From assembly GCA_965216875.1 (NCBI GenBank), contig OZ244207.1, forward strand, positions 1,056,001-1,120,000: a stretch of DNA of 64,000 bases, written 5' to 3'. Shown one piece after another: positions 10,181 to 18,999 of this stretch (its first letter is position 1; every line of letters begins with the position of its first letter). Under the pieces are notes generated by a model. It did no database searches. It worked only from the letters and a program-made list of their open reading frames with translations, and was not told the DNA's origin. This DNA comes from Rubripirellula sp. (GTDB lineage Bacteria > Planctomycetota > Planctomycetia > Pirellulales > Pirellulaceae). The translations under genes were made by a program, and so were the position numbers.

Positions 10181-11557
10181 ATGGTCATGCCACACGCAGT
10201 GCGAGCCGCGGCGGCGCTGCTTTGTCCCGTTTCGTTTGTGGTTGCAAGCTTCGTTCTTGTCGCCAGTTCGGGATGCGCGCGTTCACAGCTATCGATCGAT
10301 TCGGCTCGCCAGTCGTACGCACTCGGCGAGCTTTCGGTAGCGCGAGAAGGCCTCACGGAAATACACGACAGAGATCGCAAGCTTGCTCGTGCGGTCTCGC
10401 TTGACCTTGCGATGGTCGAACTGGCGGCAGGTGATCGGGAGTCGGCGCAAGGTCGACTGCGTCAGTTGCGAGATCAGTTCGACGCTCAACCGAAGCTCTC
10501 GCTTGCCCATGAAGCGACGGCGATCCTGACCGACGACAACGCACGCGTTTTTCGCCCGGCAGGTTATGAAGAAGTGATGATCCGCGCGATGCTCGCGGTT
10601 TGTTCGCTTGCTGGTGATGGATCGGATGCCGAAGCGTATTCGCTGCAGGCTTCGATGAAGCAAAGTGAATTGGCACGTCAAGCGGAACAACGCGGTTTGC
10701 TTGATGCCGCTGATGTTTATCAGCCGCTTGCCCTCGCGCCCTACTTGCGAGGCATCTTGCGCGAAGCGACGCACCGTGACTATGACGATGCGGCGCGAGC
10801 CTATCAGCTGGTCAGTGCCGCGCGTCCGCAATTCGCGCCGGCTCAGGAAGATATCGCACGTGCCAGCGGAGGTGTTCACAGCGCAGCCGGCAATGGGGTG
10901 TTGTATGTGATCGGCTGCGTCGGACGGGGTCCTGTGCTGCAGGAAACGACGGCACCTACGACCTCAGCTGCGCTTAGTATTGCGTCGGCCGTTTTGAATG
11001 CTGAGACAAACGAGGACGATGACGACGGCGACGAAGTTGTGCTGCCAAACATTGCTCAAGTGAAGATTCCGACGGTCGTTGTACCGGAATCATCGATCGC
11101 TGCGATCGGAACACGGATCAATGGGGAGCTTTTTGGTGCAACGCAAACGTTGACGGACGTCACGGAACTGGCCGTCCGCCAAACGGAAGCCGAACAGCCC
11201 TACACGATCGCTCGCGCCGTCGTTCGGCGAGTGACCAAAGAAGCGACCGTTGCAGAAGTGGGAGATTCTCTTGGTCTCGAAGGTTCGGCCGGGTCGCTTT
11301 TTCATTTTGCAGCCGCGTCGGCATGGAGCGGCGCCGAAAAGGCGGACACGCGATGCTGGGGGCTGTTGCCTCGAGAGATTCAGGTGCTGCGAGCCGAGCT
11401 GCCTGCGGGAAGACATCACGTCGCGTTGGAGCCGCTTGATTTCCAAGGGCAGCCGACCGCGGCCGCTCGCCAGTTGACGGTCGAGATCGAAAACGGACGC
11501 AATCGTTACATCGTTGCGATCGCACCCGATCGATACATCTACCTTGCCAACGAGTGA
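10181..11557 (+). CDS. COG3014-like lipoprotein
   Basis: Possible lipobox SSGC, GYEEVM, and C-terminal EKADTRCWGLLP.....LR..LPAG motif; follows the LpoB-like gene. Confidence 0.7.
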   Translation: MVMPHAVRAAAALLCPVSFVVASFVLVASSGCARSQLSIDSARQSYALGELSVAREGLTEIHDRDRKLARAVSLDLAMVELAAGDRESAQGRLRQLRDQFDAQPKLSLAHEATAILTDDNARVFRPAGYEEVMIRAMLAVCSLAGDGSDAEAYSLQASMKQSELARQAEQRGLLDAADVYQPLALAPYLRGILREATHRDYDDAARAYQLVSAARPQFAPAQEDIARASGGVHSAAGNGVLYVIGCVGRGPVLQETTAPTTSAALSIASAVLNAETNEDDDDGDEVVLPNIAQVKIPTVVVPESSIAAIGTRINGELFGATQTLTDVTELAVRQTEAEQPYTIARAVVRRVTKEATVAEVGDSLGLEGSAGSLFHFAAASAWSGAEKADTRCWGLLPREIQVLRAELPAGRHHVALEPLDFQGQPTAAARQLTVEIENGRNRYIVAIAPDRYIYLANE

Positions 11558-11562
11558 CCCCG

Positions 11563-11639
11563 CTGGCCGTGAGGCCTCGGGCCCTTGCCCATAAGATGCC
11601 AGCGTTTGATGCCCGGCCGCTTACGCGCTTACGGCTCAC
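11563..11639. repeat. REP-like element (GTGAGCCG/GGCTCAC family)
   Basis: CTGGCCGTGAGGCCTCGGGCC ... GGCCGCTTACGCG..ACGGCTCAC; a related copy lies at 22207-22299. Confidence 0.65.
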
Positions 11640-12202
11640 TGGTGATAGGCGTTTTCGAGCAGGTTTTTCATTCGCTGCGTCGTCGGAAGTTGCACGACGA
11701 TGCCCAACAAACAAATACCCACGATGGCGAGGTGAATCATCATTTGGTTGTCGAGCATCATGAGCACGAGATTCACAATCCCCGCGCCTTCCAGGCAAGC
11801 TTGGCTTGTGATCGTCGATCCGCGGTAGACGCCCAGTAGTCGGGATGCCGCACGGTTGGGCGTGCGGTCAATGTCGATCGGGGGCTGCATCTTCTCGTTG
11901 CTGCTGCGGTAGTCGTGAACCGCCTTGGCTCGCAACAGCAGCGGTAGCAAGATCGCCGTCGAGATCATCAGGATTGCTGCGCCGCCACCGATGTAAAGAA
12001 ACAACGGGTCTTCGTCTGGCTCGCCGTCGATTCCAAGCACGAACAACATGATCGCGGCGGTTGCGATCAACCCCTGGGCCAACCCAAACGTGATGAACAT
12101 GCCGGCGCGGGCTTGCACCCGGATCGATTCACCGTCGCCAAGATTGCCAAAGTCATCATCTTGGGGCTCGGGTGAGAGGTAGGGATTTTCAATCGGATGC
12201 AT
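11636..12202 (-). CDS. Hypothetical 4-TM membrane protein
   Basis: Four hydrophobic segments; N-terminal ENPYLSP. Confidence 0.75.
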   Translation of the reverse strand: MHPIENPYLSPEPQDDDFGNLGDGESIRVQARAGMFITFGLAQGLIATAAIMLFVLGIDGEPDEDPLFLYIGGGAAILMISTAILLPLLLRAKAVHDYRSSNEKMQPPIDIDRTPNRAASRLLGVYRGSTITSQACLEGAGIVNLVLMMLDNQMMIHLAIVGICLLGIVVQLPTTQRMKNLLENAYHQ

Positions 12203-12296
12203 GAGCTTGCTGGAATCGGTCGTCGGTGATCGGGTGGGTGTTTAGCTTAGGCTGAAATGCACGTGATTTGGGGCGCGAACCTCGTTTGGAGACAAC

Positions 12297-12336
12297 GTCT
12301 ACGAGGAATACACTCGGTCTACGAGGAATACACTCG
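12297..12336. repeat. 20-bp perfect tandem duplication spanning the TrmH stop codon
   Basis: GTCTACGAGGAATACACTCG x2. Confidence 0.9.
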
Positions 12337-13140
12337 CGAAAGTGCGTACATGAAGATGGAGCTGGCGGCCGAGACGTTCAGAGAATCGGTACCGAGGCTC
12401 ATCGGAATCGAAACACGATGCGTTGCCGTCTGTTGAATCGCCTCGGGAATCCCTTCCGATTCGTGGCCGGCGATGATCAGCAAACCGCTGGGCCGTTGGT
12501 TGGAACAACGCAAAGCATACTCATCGAGCGGAATCGAATCCTCGGCGAGGGTCGTCGCGAGACTGTCGATCCCCTTCTGCTGCGAGAGTGTTTCGATCTG
12601 CTGCTCAGGCGTGTCCCAATGGTAGAGGCGTTGTTTGAAAAGGTTCCCCATGCTGACTCTTAGGACGCGGCGAGCGAAGGGATCGATTGTTCCCGGGCCA
12701 ATGAGCACGTGTCGAATTCCAAACGCGGCGGCCGATCGCATGATCCCACCGACGTTGGCCGGATCGTAAATGCCAACCAAGCCGATCGCGATGGGCAGGT
12801 CGTGGGGGTCAAACTCGAAAGCATCCATCGATCGAAGCGGTTGGCGCTCAGCGAGTGCCATCACGCCGCGGTGAAAGTCGAATCCGACCAGCGACTTCAA
12901 CTGCTCCGGCGGCAGCGAGTACACGGGAATCTCGACCGGCAAGAGCGAGGCGAATTCGTTTTCGTGCCCGTGCGTGACCAACAGCGAGACGATGTTGTAT
13001 TGGCTCGCGATCAAACGTTCGACGAGCAATCTGCCCTCGGCGACGAAATACTTACCGCGAGGCCGCGCGGTGTCGTGGCGCAGATCGATAAACGGCTCAA
13101 GTCGCTCGTCGGTTGGATCGTCAAGCACAATGACGGGCAT
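12319..13140 (-). CDS. TrmH/SpoU family RNA methyltransferase
   Basis: DPANVGGIMRSAAAFG, GHESEGI and SIPM..GTDSLNVSAA SPOUT motifs. Confidence 0.93.
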   Translation of the reverse strand: MPVIVLDDPTDERLEPFIDLRHDTARPRGKYFVAEGRLLVERLIASQYNIVSLLVTHGHENEFASLLPVEIPVYSLPPEQLKSLVGFDFHRGVMALAERQPLRSMDAFEFDPHDLPIAIGLVGIYDPANVGGIMRSAAAFGIRHVLIGPGTIDPFARRVLRVSMGNLFKQRLYHWDTPEQQIETLSQQKGIDSLATTLAEDSIPLDEYALRCSNQRPSGLLIIAGHESEGIPEAIQQTATHRVSIPMSLGTDSLNVSAASSIFMYALSRVYSS

Positions 13141-13838
13141 GGTTCAAGGGAGTCGCTCGAGTGAGTCTTGGGAATCTTTGAGAGTCGATGGATTGTCGTA
13201 CCGAGCCTTCGCAAGAATCTTCTGCCCGATGGCTTAGGCATCAACAGCAGTGCGAAGCCATTGCGCGTTGTTCATTCGGCATCGTCGATACAACCCGACG
13301 TGATACACCGCCGCGACCCAAGCTGAAAAGCGGTCGGCGTAGGGGAAACCCTTACTTTCGTGGCAATTTTGCGAACATTGAGCACCGTTTGCGAATCAGG
13401 TGCTACTTTTGAGCGTTACCAGTGAAAAGGCGACATATCGACGGCCTGAGGACGTTCTCAGCAACATGGGGCATTGGGGCTTGTTGAGGAATGTCCTCGG
13501 CCGTCGAAAATTCTTTCCTGTCGCTTCGCGCCTTTCATGTCGCGTAATCGCTACGCTTTGCGCAGCACGAACCGCCACGCTGCTCAGTTGCGACTATCGC
13601 TCGTTTTTCGACCGCGTGATTCAATCGACGTGCGACGTTTAAGTTGTCGATCGACCGCAAGTGAAAGGCATCTCCCGTCGGGCATCGCTGATGTTCATCG
13701 TTTTGATAACGGGAAAAGTCTGATCTTCGTCTTCGACGGCCGTGATTGGGGCTAACAAATGGTCACGGCGATCCCACCCAACGATCGCGAAGCAAACGGG
13801 GCATTTGCTTTGCAGCCCCAACCTTTGACAGTCGCCCA

Positions 13839-14525
13839 ATGCCCATCCGCGTTTTAATCATTGATTCGCACGAGATCGTTCGTGCGGGAATCAAGATGGC
13901 TTGCGAAACCCGCAGCGATCTTCAGTTTGTTGGCGAGGCAAGCACGCTCGAGGGTGCGACATCGCTCGCCATCGAATCCTCTGCGGATGTCGTCGTCGTC
14001 GACCCCACCGTGTCGGGTCCGGAAGGTTTGATTGAGCTTCAGCAATTGCATCTACAATTGCCCACCCTTCGCATCCTTGCCTTTACCAATGACGACGGCC
14101 CCGAGTTTGCCCAGGCCGTGATTGCAGCCGGCGCGTCGGGCTACCTCATCAAGGACGCATCGATCGATGAGATGGCGGTCGCGATTGGGTGCGTGCATCA
14201 GGGACGCGTCTTTATCAGTCATTCACATGCAGCGTCGCACTCACCAGCCAGCGTGGTCAACGTGGCGTCCGAAGTCGCAACAACGGACGCGGCCGAGTAC
14301 TTGCAATCACCTCCACAGCTCTCGGGGCGCGAATCAGAAGTTTTGTCGCTGCTTGCCGATGGTTTGACCAACAAGCAAGCGGCCGAACGTTTGTTCTTGA
14401 GTGTGAAAACAGTCGAAACCTATCGCTCTCGGATTATGAAGAAACATGGACTGCGTGACCGGGCGGAGCTTGTGCAATTTGCCAAGCATGCCGCCCGTGT
14501 CGCGTCCCCTTCTTGGGGCGGTTGA
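13839..14525 (+). CDS. NarL/LuxR-family response regulator (no cognate kinase in window)
   Basis: Receiver domain (VLIIDSH, VVVVD, GYLIK) plus LSGRESEVL..LADG.TNK..A..L.LSVKTVETYR HTH. Confidence 0.92.
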   Translation: MPIRVLIIDSHEIVRAGIKMACETRSDLQFVGEASTLEGATSLAIESSADVVVVDPTVSGPEGLIELQQLHLQLPTLRILAFTNDDGPEFAQAVIAAGASGYLIKDASIDEMAVAIGCVHQGRVFISHSHAASHSPASVVNVASEVATTDAAEYLQSPPQLSGRESEVLSLLADGLTNKQAAERLFLSVKTVETYRSRIMKKHGLRDRAELVQFAKHAARVASPSWGG

Positions 14526-14629
14526 GAATTAAAAGTCGGCTTGTCGACCGAGCATTGCCAGCGAGAGGTTCAGCCGTAATGATGCAGGCCTCATGATGAC
14601 GCCCCGCAAGACGACAAGGTGACTTTGGC

Positions 14630-15766
14630 ATGTCGGATCAACTGCAGCCTGGCAAAAAGCGAATCGGAATCCTAACGTCCGGCGGCGATTGCCCCGGCCT
14701 GAACGCCGTCATCCGCGCGGTCTCCAAGGCGGGCTTCTGGCTTGGTTACGAAGTGGTCGGATTTGAAGATGGCTTTGAAGGCCTCGCCGATCCCGTTCGT
14801 TACCGAGTGCTAACGCCTCAGAACACGGCGGGAATCCTTGTCCAGGGCGGCACGATTCTTGGCTCAACCAACAAGGGACGCTTCGGCGCTCGCGTCGGCG
14901 CGTCGGGGCGAGCGGAGATTGATCCCGCGCTGGTCAAGCAGGTTGGCAAGACCTTTGACGACTTGAATCTCGAGGGGTTGATCGTCGTTGGGGGTGATGG
15001 CTCGCTTTCGACGGCGCTTCAGTTCCACGAAGCCGGTTTGCCCGTGGTGGGTGTTCCCAAGACCATCGACAACGATTTGTCGGCAACCGCTTTTACCTTT
15101 GGTTTCAACAGTGCCGTGCTCTGCTGTGCCGATGCGCTCGATCGGTTACACACCACCGCCGCCAGTCACGGCCGCGTGATGGTCTTGGAAGTGATGGGGC
15201 GGCATACCGGTTGGATCGCCTTGCATGGTGGCATCGCAGGCGGTGGCGATGTGATCTTGATTCCCGAGATTCATTGGACCTACGAAAATATCGTGGCCAA
15301 AATCGAAGAGCGAACAAAACTCGGCAAGAACTTTACCTTGGTGGTCGTTGCCGAAGGGGCTCATTTGCCTGACGGTTCGCTGGTGACCGACGATGAGAAG
15401 CAAATCAACTTGCAAGCCAAGCTGGGTGGCATCGGGCAAGTCGTCACCCAGGAGCTTGGGCAGCGCATCGACCAAGAAACTCGCTGCGTGGTGCTCGGTC
15501 ACCTGCAACGTGGCGGAGGTCCAACAACCTTCGACCGCGTGCTCTCAAGCCAATATGGCGCGCACGCTGTGCGCTTAATTGTTGAAAAACAATTCGGCCA
15601 CATGGTTTGTTGTGACCCGCCGAACATCTTGAGCGTGCCGATCGAGCATGCGGTGAGTCATTTGCGAACAGTCGATCCTCGTGGTTCGGCCGTTGTCACC
15701 GCACGAGCAATGGGAATTAGCTTGGGCGACACACCGGGCTATCAGAATCCGTTCCATACTGCGTAG
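14630..15766 (+). CDS. pfkA: 6-phosphofructokinase (group III type, probably ATP-dependent)
   Basis: TSGGDCPGLN, GGDGS (Gly at the ATP/PPi-determining site), PKTIDND, EVMGR and LGHLQRGG. Confidence 0.92.
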   Translation: MSDQLQPGKKRIGILTSGGDCPGLNAVIRAVSKAGFWLGYEVVGFEDGFEGLADPVRYRVLTPQNTAGILVQGGTILGSTNKGRFGARVGASGRAEIDPALVKQVGKTFDDLNLEGLIVVGGDGSLSTALQFHEAGLPVVGVPKTIDNDLSATAFTFGFNSAVLCCADALDRLHTTAASHGRVMVLEVMGRHTGWIALHGGIAGGGDVILIPEIHWTYENIVAKIEERTKLGKNFTLVVVAEGAHLPDGSLVTDDEKQINLQAKLGGIGQVVTQELGQRIDQETRCVVLGHLQRGGGPTTFDRVLSSQYGAHAVRLIVEKQFGHMVCCDPPNILSVPIEHAVSHLRTVDPRGSAVVTARAMGISLGDTPGYQNPFHTA

Positions 15767-15933
15767 GCCGGATCAAGGAGCCACAGCGACGCCGATCCGG
15801 CAAGCTCACTCATCTTTTTGACGCTGTGAGCCGTACGCGCGAGCGTCGGGCTTTTGGAGTCGGGCCTTTCGACATTGGCCGTTGGAGTCGGGCAACCGAT
15901 TGTAGGGCCCGACGCTAGCGCGTTCGGCTCACA
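15763..15933. repeat. REP-like elements downstream of pfkA
   Basis: GTAGGCCGGATC...GATCCGGC, whose GTAG contains the pfkA TAG; inverted pair CTGTGAGCCG.ACGCGC.AGCGTCGGGC / GCCCGACGCT.GCGCGT.CGGCTCACAG. Confidence 0.8.
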
Positions 15934-15960
15934 GAAATCGGCAAAGGGATGCGACCCAAC

Positions 15961-16003
15961 AAAAAAAGTGGTGTGACTACACGCCCAAGCGTAGCCACAC
16001 CGC
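15961..16003 (-). terminator. Rho-independent terminator (minus strand)
   Basis: Minus strand reads GGTGTGGCTAC-loop-GTAGTCACACC-AC-T7. The stem has a G-U pair on the minus strand that is an A-C mismatch on the plus strand. Confidence 0.75.
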
Positions 16004-16436
16004 CTTTAATTCAAATCCGCGAGAGTAAGTTGCCGAGTTGCAACGACGATTCCCACATGTCGTCCGCATCTTGTTCAGTTGAGTCGACTCACCTGAATTC
16101 AATACGGCACAACAATTCGCCGTTCTCGACGACCCGCTCCGATAGTTGAGCGTCGGATCGACCCACTCAGTCGATCCTCGCCGGTAGGGTTATGCATCGG
16201 CTAGCAAACGCTCAGATTGCGACGGTAAACCGAGTTTGATTCCGAAAGAGCTGTCGGACGTGCAAGCGAAACCGGTTGTACCGATTGTTCCGGTTGTCAC
16301 AGTCGCAGCGGCACTGCGAGTCGGCTGATCGCATTTACCTGCGATTGCCCGCAAGGCATTCGATTGCGTTGACCCGCGTTCAGCTGAAAGGTAGATCCAT
16401 CTGGACGTTTCTTCGCATTTATTGGAATCGAGTGTC

Positions 16437-16814
16437 ATGTTTCGCCGACTCGCCGTTACCGCATTGTTGATCTGTTTTCTGGCCGCTTCGGGTTCGGCGG
16501 CTTCGCCGTCTGGTTTTTGGCGCGGCTCTTGGACGAGCCAAACGACGGGACACCGCGGACCTCTCAAGGCACACATTCGCCAAACGGCTCCCGACACCTA
16601 TCGGGCTGTTTTTGTGGGACGATTCGCGGGCGTGGTTCCGTTTGTCTATCCGGCCAAGTTGGAACGCGCTGCGGGCAGCTGCGACTGCTACACCTCAAGT
16701 CAACGACTGCCGCTGCTAGGCACCTACAAAATGTCGGCCCACATCGACGCCAACCAATTCAACGCCACGTTCCGCGGTCGCAAGGACCGCGGAACGTTTC
16801 GAATGTCGCGTTAA
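16437..16814 (+). CDS. Small secreted beta-rich hypothetical protein
   Basis: Signal peptide (MFRRLAVTALLICFLAASGSAA) followed by GFWRGSWTS. Confidence 0.75.
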   Translation: MFRRLAVTALLICFLAASGSAASPSGFWRGSWTSQTTGHRGPLKAHIRQTAPDTYRAVFVGRFAGVVPFVYPAKLERAAGSCDCYTSSQRLPLLGTYKMSAHIDANQFNATFRGRKDRGTFRMSR

Positions 16815-16885
16815 CACTTTGGCAGGGTGCTTGCACGCAACCGCTTCCACCTCAAAAGGCTGATGGCCACCGCGGCTGCACGAAC

Positions 16886-16909
16886 CACCTTCTGGCGAAG
16901 GTAGCTACG
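16886..16909. repeat. REP-like element (GTAGCTAC family)
   Basis: CCACCTTCTGGCGAAGGTAGCTAC, same as the copy near 9078. Confidence 0.8.
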
Positions 16910-16929
16910 ACCGTGTCATCAAGCCGTGG

Positions 16930-17685
16930 TTAGGACGCAGGTGCTTCGGGGACTTGTGGCGGCGGACCATAAATGTCTCGGTAAAGCACGAATGTCGCTG
17001 CGAACGAAATCGGCATGAATAGGATGGCCGGCACGTAGCACATCATCGCGAGCAGGATCGACAAGAACATGATCACGATCAGGAAGCCGAAGACGCCCCA
17101 CAAGTTTTCCCGCACGCCTCGGTAACTGAGCTTCACCGCGCTGACGCCATCGAGTTTTCGATCAGCGATCAGTTGGAAGGTGAACATGAAGGGTAGGTAG
17201 GCGAAGAGGTTGATAAAAAGGATCAGGATGTAGCCCAGGATGAGCATCAAGAAGAAGGCCGGCGGCGGCTCTTGTTGCTGATCCATCATCAAGACCATTG
17301 GCAGGAAGATCAGAAGCCCGATCAAGAGCATGCCGACCAACACGGCGCAGATGGTAAATGCGAAGATGCAAAGCCACGCAATCAACGACTCCTTGAAGTA
17401 TTCGAAGCCTTTGAAGAGTGTGGAAAGTTCTACCTTTCGCCCCGATTCTTGATCGATGTAGCAAAAGTAGAGGCCAACAAGCATGGGGCCAAAGATGATT
17501 CCCATTGGTACGGCCGAGCCGATCAGAATCGAGATGAACGCGATTCCGAGAAACAGCCAGTAGTTGCCGGCAATCAACCCTCTGCCGCGTTCAATCAATT
17601 CAAACGGCTTGACTTTGACCTTGTTCACACCGAGGGGCTGTTCGGGGATCGCGGTCGTCGGCTGATAGGGATTCTCTGAACTCAC
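16930..17685 (-). CDS. Hypothetical integral membrane protein
   Basis: About 5-6 TM helices with LFKGF and A...S..GV..N patterns. GTG start chosen because AGGA lies 7 nt upstream. Confidence 0.78.
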   Translation of the reverse strand: MSSENPYQPTTAIPEQPLGVNKVKVKPFELIERGRGLIAGNYWLFLGIAFISILIGSAVPMGIIFGPMLVGLYFCYIDQESGRKVELSTLFKGFEYFKESLIAWLCIFAFTICAVLVGMLLIGLLIFLPMVLMMDQQQEPPPAFFLMLILGYILILFINLFAYLPFMFTFQLIADRKLDGVSAVKLSYRGVRENLWGVFGFLIVIMFLSILLAMMCYVPAILFMPISFAATFVLYRDIYGPPPQVPEAPAS

Positions 17686-17778
17686 CGTGCATTCCTGCAA
17701 ACGAGAACGATGCTGCAAATCAATGGAGCATCAAGTTTACAGCAATCCGCACGGCGATTGGACGTCGAGCCGATGCCG

Positions 17779-18636
17779 TTAGAACAAATCTCGCAAGACG
17801 CGCAGGTTGATCACGTCCCAATCTTCGCCGGTTTCTTCGTCGGTTCCCTTTTCCGTTTCGAGATAACCTGGAATCTCGCCGAGCATGTCGTCAGCAAAAA
17901 GGAAGCGAAAGGCATCGACGCCCAATTCGCCGCGGCCAATGTGTTCGTGACGATCAACACGACTCCCGCAAGGTTTCTTGCTGTCGTTCAAATGCAAGGC
18001 ACTCACGCAACCTGCCGGTAACAGATCATCGAGTTCTTGCCGCCAGTCGGCAAACCCTTGCGCCGTGTTGATCTCGTAGCCGGCTGCGAAGGCGTGACAG
18101 GTATCCAGGCACACCCCGACGCGATCATCGTCGGCAATTCCGTCGAGCATCTGCGCAAGTTGTTCGTTGGTGTGACCGAGACACGTGCCTTGGCCAGCGG
18201 TGTTCTCGAGCAATAGTCGGCATGAACCTGCCGGGACGCGATCGATGACTTCGGCAACGGCGTCGATGATTCGGTTGATGCCGTCTTCTTCGCAACTCTT
18301 GGTGAAGGCGCCGGGGTGCACGACCAGACCGTCGAGGTCCAAAACGTTGCCTCGTTCGAGTTCGATCACCAACGCATCGACTGACTTTTGAAAAAGCGCG
18401 TCATCCGGTGTCGCCATGTTGATCAGGTAGGACGCGTGCGCGACACGACCGCGCATGCCCGACGACTCGTAAGCCGACTTCCAGTTTTCGATGACTTCGT
18501 CGGTCAGCGGTTTCGCTTTCCACTGGTTGTTATTCTTGGTGAACACCTGGATCGCCTCACAACCAACCTCGAGGGCGCGGGCGACCCCTTTGTCGAGTCC
18601 ACCGGCTACGGAAACATGGGAACCGAGAATTGGCAT
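17779..18636 (-). CDS. nfo: Endonuclease IV (deoxyribonuclease IV)
   Basis: GSHVS, HASYLIN, VHPG, LENTAGQG, CLDTCH, HLNDSK, DRHEHIG and LET zinc-ligand motifs. Confidence 0.96.
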   Translation of the reverse strand: MPILGSHVSVAGGLDKGVARALEVGCEAIQVFTKNNNQWKAKPLTDEVIENWKSAYESSGMRGRVAHASYLINMATPDDALFQKSVDALVIELERGNVLDLDGLVVHPGAFTKSCEEDGINRIIDAVAEVIDRVPAGSCRLLLENTAGQGTCLGHTNEQLAQMLDGIADDDRVGVCLDTCHAFAAGYEINTAQGFADWRQELDDLLPAGCVSALHLNDSKKPCGSRVDRHEHIGRGELGVDAFRFLFADDMLGEIPGYLETEKGTDEETGEDWDVINLRVLRDLF

Positions 18637-18999
18637 GGGTGCTCCAACGATTGCGACGAAGTATGCGTGACACGAGCGGGGTTGATCTCGCGACGATCGT
18701 ATCGAGTGCACCGCGAATGACAAACCGGAGAGAGATATCGATGCTGTTGGCGAATCTGCCCTGCCACCGCCCACGCAGCCGGATCGCCCGCGCAGTCAGA
18801 TCACCCAGGGGGCTGATTCATACGGGCTGATTTCACGGCAGAAACCATGAATCGCTGGAAAAACCGATTCTCCGCGCGACGTTTTGCCCGCGGGACGCCC
18901 ATTTTGGACCGGAAATGAGCCCGATTTGCAGTACCGTATAGATTAGCGATCCCGCACAACAGCACCGAAACCCCGCCCCCGACGGTGGGTTCCATCAAT

